NCBI GenBank assembly: GCA_008690995.1
Contig: VRMN01000001.1
Location: 2,170,001 to 2,234,000 of the forward strand
Origin: Porphyridium purpureum
Lineage: Eukaryota
Length of the DNA stretch: 64,000 nt
Direction: 5' to 3'
In this document: piece after piece, positions 60,732 through 64,000 of the stretch
How the letters are laid out: the number at the start of each line of letters is the position of its first letter
Numbering within the stretch: position 1 is the stretch's first letter
Translations under genes and position numbers: made by a program
Notes under the pieces: model-generated
Seen by the model: only the letters and a program-made list of their open reading frames with translations
Database searches by the model: none
Told to the model about the DNA's origin: nothing

Positions 60732-62150
60732 TCAAGGGGTGCTGGTCAGAGGGGGGTACAGATGCTGCACGATGCCTAGCATGCTCACTCCCTTATAATC
60801 GAGATTTGTACGCGAGTACTCGCACGGCGGAATGAAAATGAATCTGCGGTGCTCATCCAGAGCCAAGCCAGCACGCGTGCGCTTCGTTAAATATTCAATG
60901 AAATCGACAAACCCATCGTGGTCTTCGGGTGTCTCGGGCTCAAAGTATAACACGGGACTTTCTGGGAGCACAAACGCTTCCAGATGTAGCACGTTGAATC
61001 GGCGCTCAACAATCAAGGTGTCCGGCATACTGTGATTGCTGAGCGGTCTGCCACACAGCTGGTGCGCATGAATATTGCATACAAAGCGGCCAGTCTTTTG
61101 CAGTCGAATGGTCCACGAGCGTTTGTTCAAGATTAGCGGGTACACCTTCCGCCACCTGTCATTTGAGCTCAGGTTGAGCGCAAGCTCATGCCTAGTGATC
61201 AGCTTCCACAGCTCCTCATCGTACTCGAGCGCTCGCCACTTTTTCAGGCAAAGCGCTCTCCAATAGTGGTGATCATAACCCAGTTCCTTCCAAGATGAAC
61301 ACACTTGAGCGGCAGAGACAAGCGATGCCGCGTCCAAAAACCCGAACACGTGGCGTAAGGTGTCCTCCGGCAAGTTCGACAGTGCAGGCCCCAGCTGCTG
61401 GCTGGCGGACGCGCTCTGGTGTGCATCAATGCTCGCTTGCGCCCGTGCAGAAGATGTCATTAGGAGTGTGCGCAGATAATCACGCACGAAAGAAGCATTC
61501 ATGTCGAGCAGTGCCGGTTTTGAGCGCACGTACGCAAGCAGCGCCTCCAACTCGCTCACGAGCTTCAGCGCTGAGTCTGGGGATCCTTCGTCGCTCACCT
61601 GGTGCACGCTGCTCGCAAGCGCCTCATCAGTGCCTGCTGGTCTGCATGTCGACGCCATATCCGCGGCGACGGCTTGACATGGACACCAGACCCCTTTGCA
61701 ACCTTTGGCCAGGACGCACGTATGCTCGCCTGGCTGCGCCCACTGCGCGTCCTCGCGTAATAGCTCGCTGCGCACGTCATCTTCATGCGGCTTACACTCG
61801 CCGTCGCAGCCTTCTGCCGCGTGGGAGCCAACGGGCGGCGCTCCCGCGGTGCACAAACAACTCTGCCGCTCGGCATCGTCCATCTCCATCAGATCCTCGC
61901 CGGCGCCGAGTGTCTGGGCGTCGTCCTCCCCGCCTGCTCTCAACAGACGCTGCTGGCGCTGCTGTAGTTCCTCAAGCGGCGCCGCCGACGCGCGCTGTCG
62001 CGGATGGAGCGCTGCCACCGCCGCTTCGCGCGCACCGGCCTCCAGCGCGGCGTCCACGGCGAGCGTGGGCGTGACCATGGTGCTTCCACAGTCCTCCTTT
62101 CCCGCATACGCCATGCCGACCAACTGCAACAGCCGTTCCGAGCCTTCCAT
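60732..62150 (-). CDS. F-box protein with C-terminal SPOC-like domain
   Basis: F-box LSNLPEDTLRHVFGFLD...VCSSW; SPOC-like LYFEPE...FIEYLTKRTRAGLA...FIFIPP...LGIV. Start codon uncertain. Confidence 0.75.
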   Translation of the reverse strand: MEGSERLLQLVGMAYAGKEDCGSTMVTPTLAVDAALEAGAREAAVAALHPRQRASAAPLEELQQRQQRLLRAGGEDDAQTLGAGEDLMEMDDAERQSCLCTAGAPPVGSHAAEGCDGECKPHEDDVRSELLREDAQWAQPGEHTCVLAKGCKGVWCPCQAVAADMASTCRPAGTDEALASSVHQVSDEGSPDSALKLVSELEALLAYVRSKPALLDMNASFVRDYLRTLLMTSSARAQASIDAHQSASASQQLGPALSNLPEDTLRHVFGFLDAASLVSAAQVCSSWKELGYDHHYWRALCLKKWRALEYDEELWKLITRHELALNLSSNDRWRKVYPLILNKRSWTIRLQKTGRFVCNIHAHQLCGRPLSNHSMPDTLIVERRFNVLHLEAFVLPESPVLYFEPETPEDHDGFVDFIEYLTKRTRAGLALDEHRRFIFIPPCEYSRTNLDYKGVSMLGIVQHLYPPLTSTP

Positions 62151-63162
62151 CCGCGGCTGCTTTCGTCTTTGCCCTGCCCTCGCTCCGTGCCGATCAGACG
62201 CGCGCCTCTTCTCTCCCCACACCATCCAACCTCCCCCTGCACGCAACGCCTTCCGCGGTCCTCCCCCTCTTCCGCGTCCCAAGCGTCGTCCCACACGTCG
62301 TCCCACGCGCACACCACACCACCGCCACGGCCCTTTCAAGCTCACCACTCACCACGTCCCCCTCAGCACTTTCCCTCCGCCTTCCCCACATCCCCTACTC
62401 TACCCATCACCGCACTTCTTACTTTCTTCACTAAATTCCCCGTCCTTTCTTCCGCCCCCGCCACCCACCGCCCCTCTCTCTCTCTCCCGCTTTCCAAGCT
62501 GTACTTACTACCACCAACCTTCTGTTCTCACGTTTTGTGTGTGTGTGTGTGTGTACATGTGTGTGCTTACGCGCGTGGCTTTCAATGACGCTTTGCGACG
62601 TCCCACGAATCCCTCACCTTCCCCCACTTTCCCCACCACGCTCTCCACGCTCGCACGATTTCGGGTCACGCACAAACAAACAGTAAAGGATGGGGGTACA
62701 GCTCGGTTTCCAAAATAGACATGCGCGGCTGCTTCTCTCAAATGAGGCGCGACAGCCAATCGATCCAGCCACGTTGTTTTGTTGCAAGCCGGCCACGTTC
62801 GGTTGGAGCGCTTGCGACGCGTGCTAGTAAAAACATGTCGGTTTGGTAGGAGGATCTGTGGTGGGAGGGGGTGGGTGTACAGTGCGGCGGCCTGTGAAAC
62901 TTGGCGGTGGTCGAGGAGTGCAAAACAAAGAGGGGGACGGGCCCTAACGCGCCAACAGCAACTCGATTGGAATATCTGGGTGTGGATGGTCGACGTGAGC
63001 GGGGAAGGAAGGGGAAAGAAGAGGTCGTGCTCGGCGGGGTGATAGTGTTAGCGTGCGGGCGGTGGCAGCGGGATCGCGTGGTGGCCGTTGTGAGCGTACT
63101 TTGTCGACACAGAGGGATATCGAGACGGCGCGGCGCGGTGGGCAAGGGTTGCGATAGACAGG

Positions 63163-64000
63163 ATGATCACGGCGGTGCATGGAGGGCTCGACGCGCCCGT
63201 GAATCGGATCGTGTCGGATCTGGGCGAGATTGAGCTGCTGCCCAAGGTGCAGGTCAGCGAGGTCGATCTGACCACAATGTACCGCATTGCGGACGGAACG
63301 CTCTCGCCGCTCACAGGACCCATGAACAAGGACGTCTACGACATGGTGCTCGCGTCCAAGTGCATCGAGTCGCAGGGCGCAAAGTACGCGTGGACCATTC
63401 CCATCGTCCTGCCGGCGACCGCGGAGGAGGCCAAGAAGGCCGTCGTCGGAGAGAAGATGCTGCTTGTCACGGAAGGCGAGATGAAGCCGTTTGGCGTCAT
63501 CACCGTCGGCTCGTGCTACGAGTGGGACCCAAAGGCGTTCATCAAGGCCGTGTATCTGACCGAGCGCGAGGACCACCCGGGCGCCAAGCTGTGGTTGTCC
63601 GAGACCCGGCCGATGCTGATCGGTGGCGACATTGAAGTTGTGGTGTTCGCCGACACGCGCTCGTTCAAGGAGTACGTCATGGGCCCCACGCAGGTGCGCG
63701 CGCTGTTCGAGGAGAAGCAGTACGACTTCACTATCGCGTTCCAGACCCGCAACCCGCTGCATCGGGCACACGAGTATGCTCTTGTGTACGGAGCAGAGAC
63801 GCTTCTGCGTCAGTTTGATAGCATGAAAGTGGGTGTCGTATTGAACCCGCTGGTTGGGCAGCTCAAGGGCGACGATGTGCCAGCGGACGCGCGCATGAAG
63901 ACCTACATCCGCCTCATCGAAGAGAAGCATCTGGGAGAGGGCGACGCGGATGTAGAGCTGTGGAACTCCAAGAAGCAGTCGCTGCTCGACCAGACTCACC
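63163..64000 (+). CDS. sat: ATP sulfurylase (sulfate adenylyltransferase), 3'-truncated; absent from the ORF track
   Basis: Translated by hand: MITAVHGG, IADGTLSPLTGPM, WTIPIVL, HPG, AFQTRNPLHRAHEY, LNPLVGQLKGDDVP. Confidence 0.93.
   Translation, partial: MITAVHGGLDAPVNRIVSDLGEIELLPKVQVSEVDLTTMYRIADGTLSPLTGPMNKDVYDMVLASKCIESQGAKYAWTIPIVLPATAEEAKKAVVGEKMLLVTEGEMKPFGVITVGSCYEWDPKAFIKAVYLTEREDHPGAKLWLSETRPMLIGGDIEVVVFADTRSFKEYVMGPTQVRALFEEKQYDFTIAFQTRNPLHRAHEYALVYGAETLLRQFDSMKVGVVLNPLVGQLKGDDVPADARMKTYIRLIEEKHLGEGDADVELWNSKKQSLLDQTH

Noticed and set aside
62944..63999. 351-aa minus-strand ORF
   Set aside because: Antisense shadow of the plus-strand ATP sulfurylase.

Overview
Eukaryotic, gene-dense, apparently intron-free DNA. 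The compact intronless genes and plastid-targeted LeuD and fibrillin suggest a unicellular red alga (Porphyridium-like); this is inference. About 23 kb is four full-length, apparently intact LTR retrotransposons. Three are nested at 2410-19581: Copia-order element A, interrupted by chromodomain Gypsy element B, itself interrupted by Gypsy element C. A separate Copia-order element D lies at 51710-57109. Main result: A and D look like one unusual hybrid LTR lineage. They have Ty3/Gypsy-type Gag and protease but Ty1/Copia-type INT-RT-RH. Their LTRs end CGTGG...CCA(C/A)G inside 5-bp TSDs, i.e. TG...CA plus two extra retained nucleotides at each end. D has a -1 frameshift signal; A has a Myb/SANT-like domain after integrase and a half-tRNA primer site. 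Host genes: LysRS, LeuD, an Air1-like zinc-knuckle protein, fibrillin, PanC, SCYL1, WDR76-like, Listerin, a Cys/His-repeat protein, PH-CAMKK kinase, a candidate TPP1/Est3-like OB protein, LONRF, TOM1-like, PP2C, F-box-SPOC and ATP sulfurylase. There is also a pair of unannotated small ORFs sharing a 30-codon motif with mostly synonymous differences. All domain calls are by-eye motif recognition; no searches were run.
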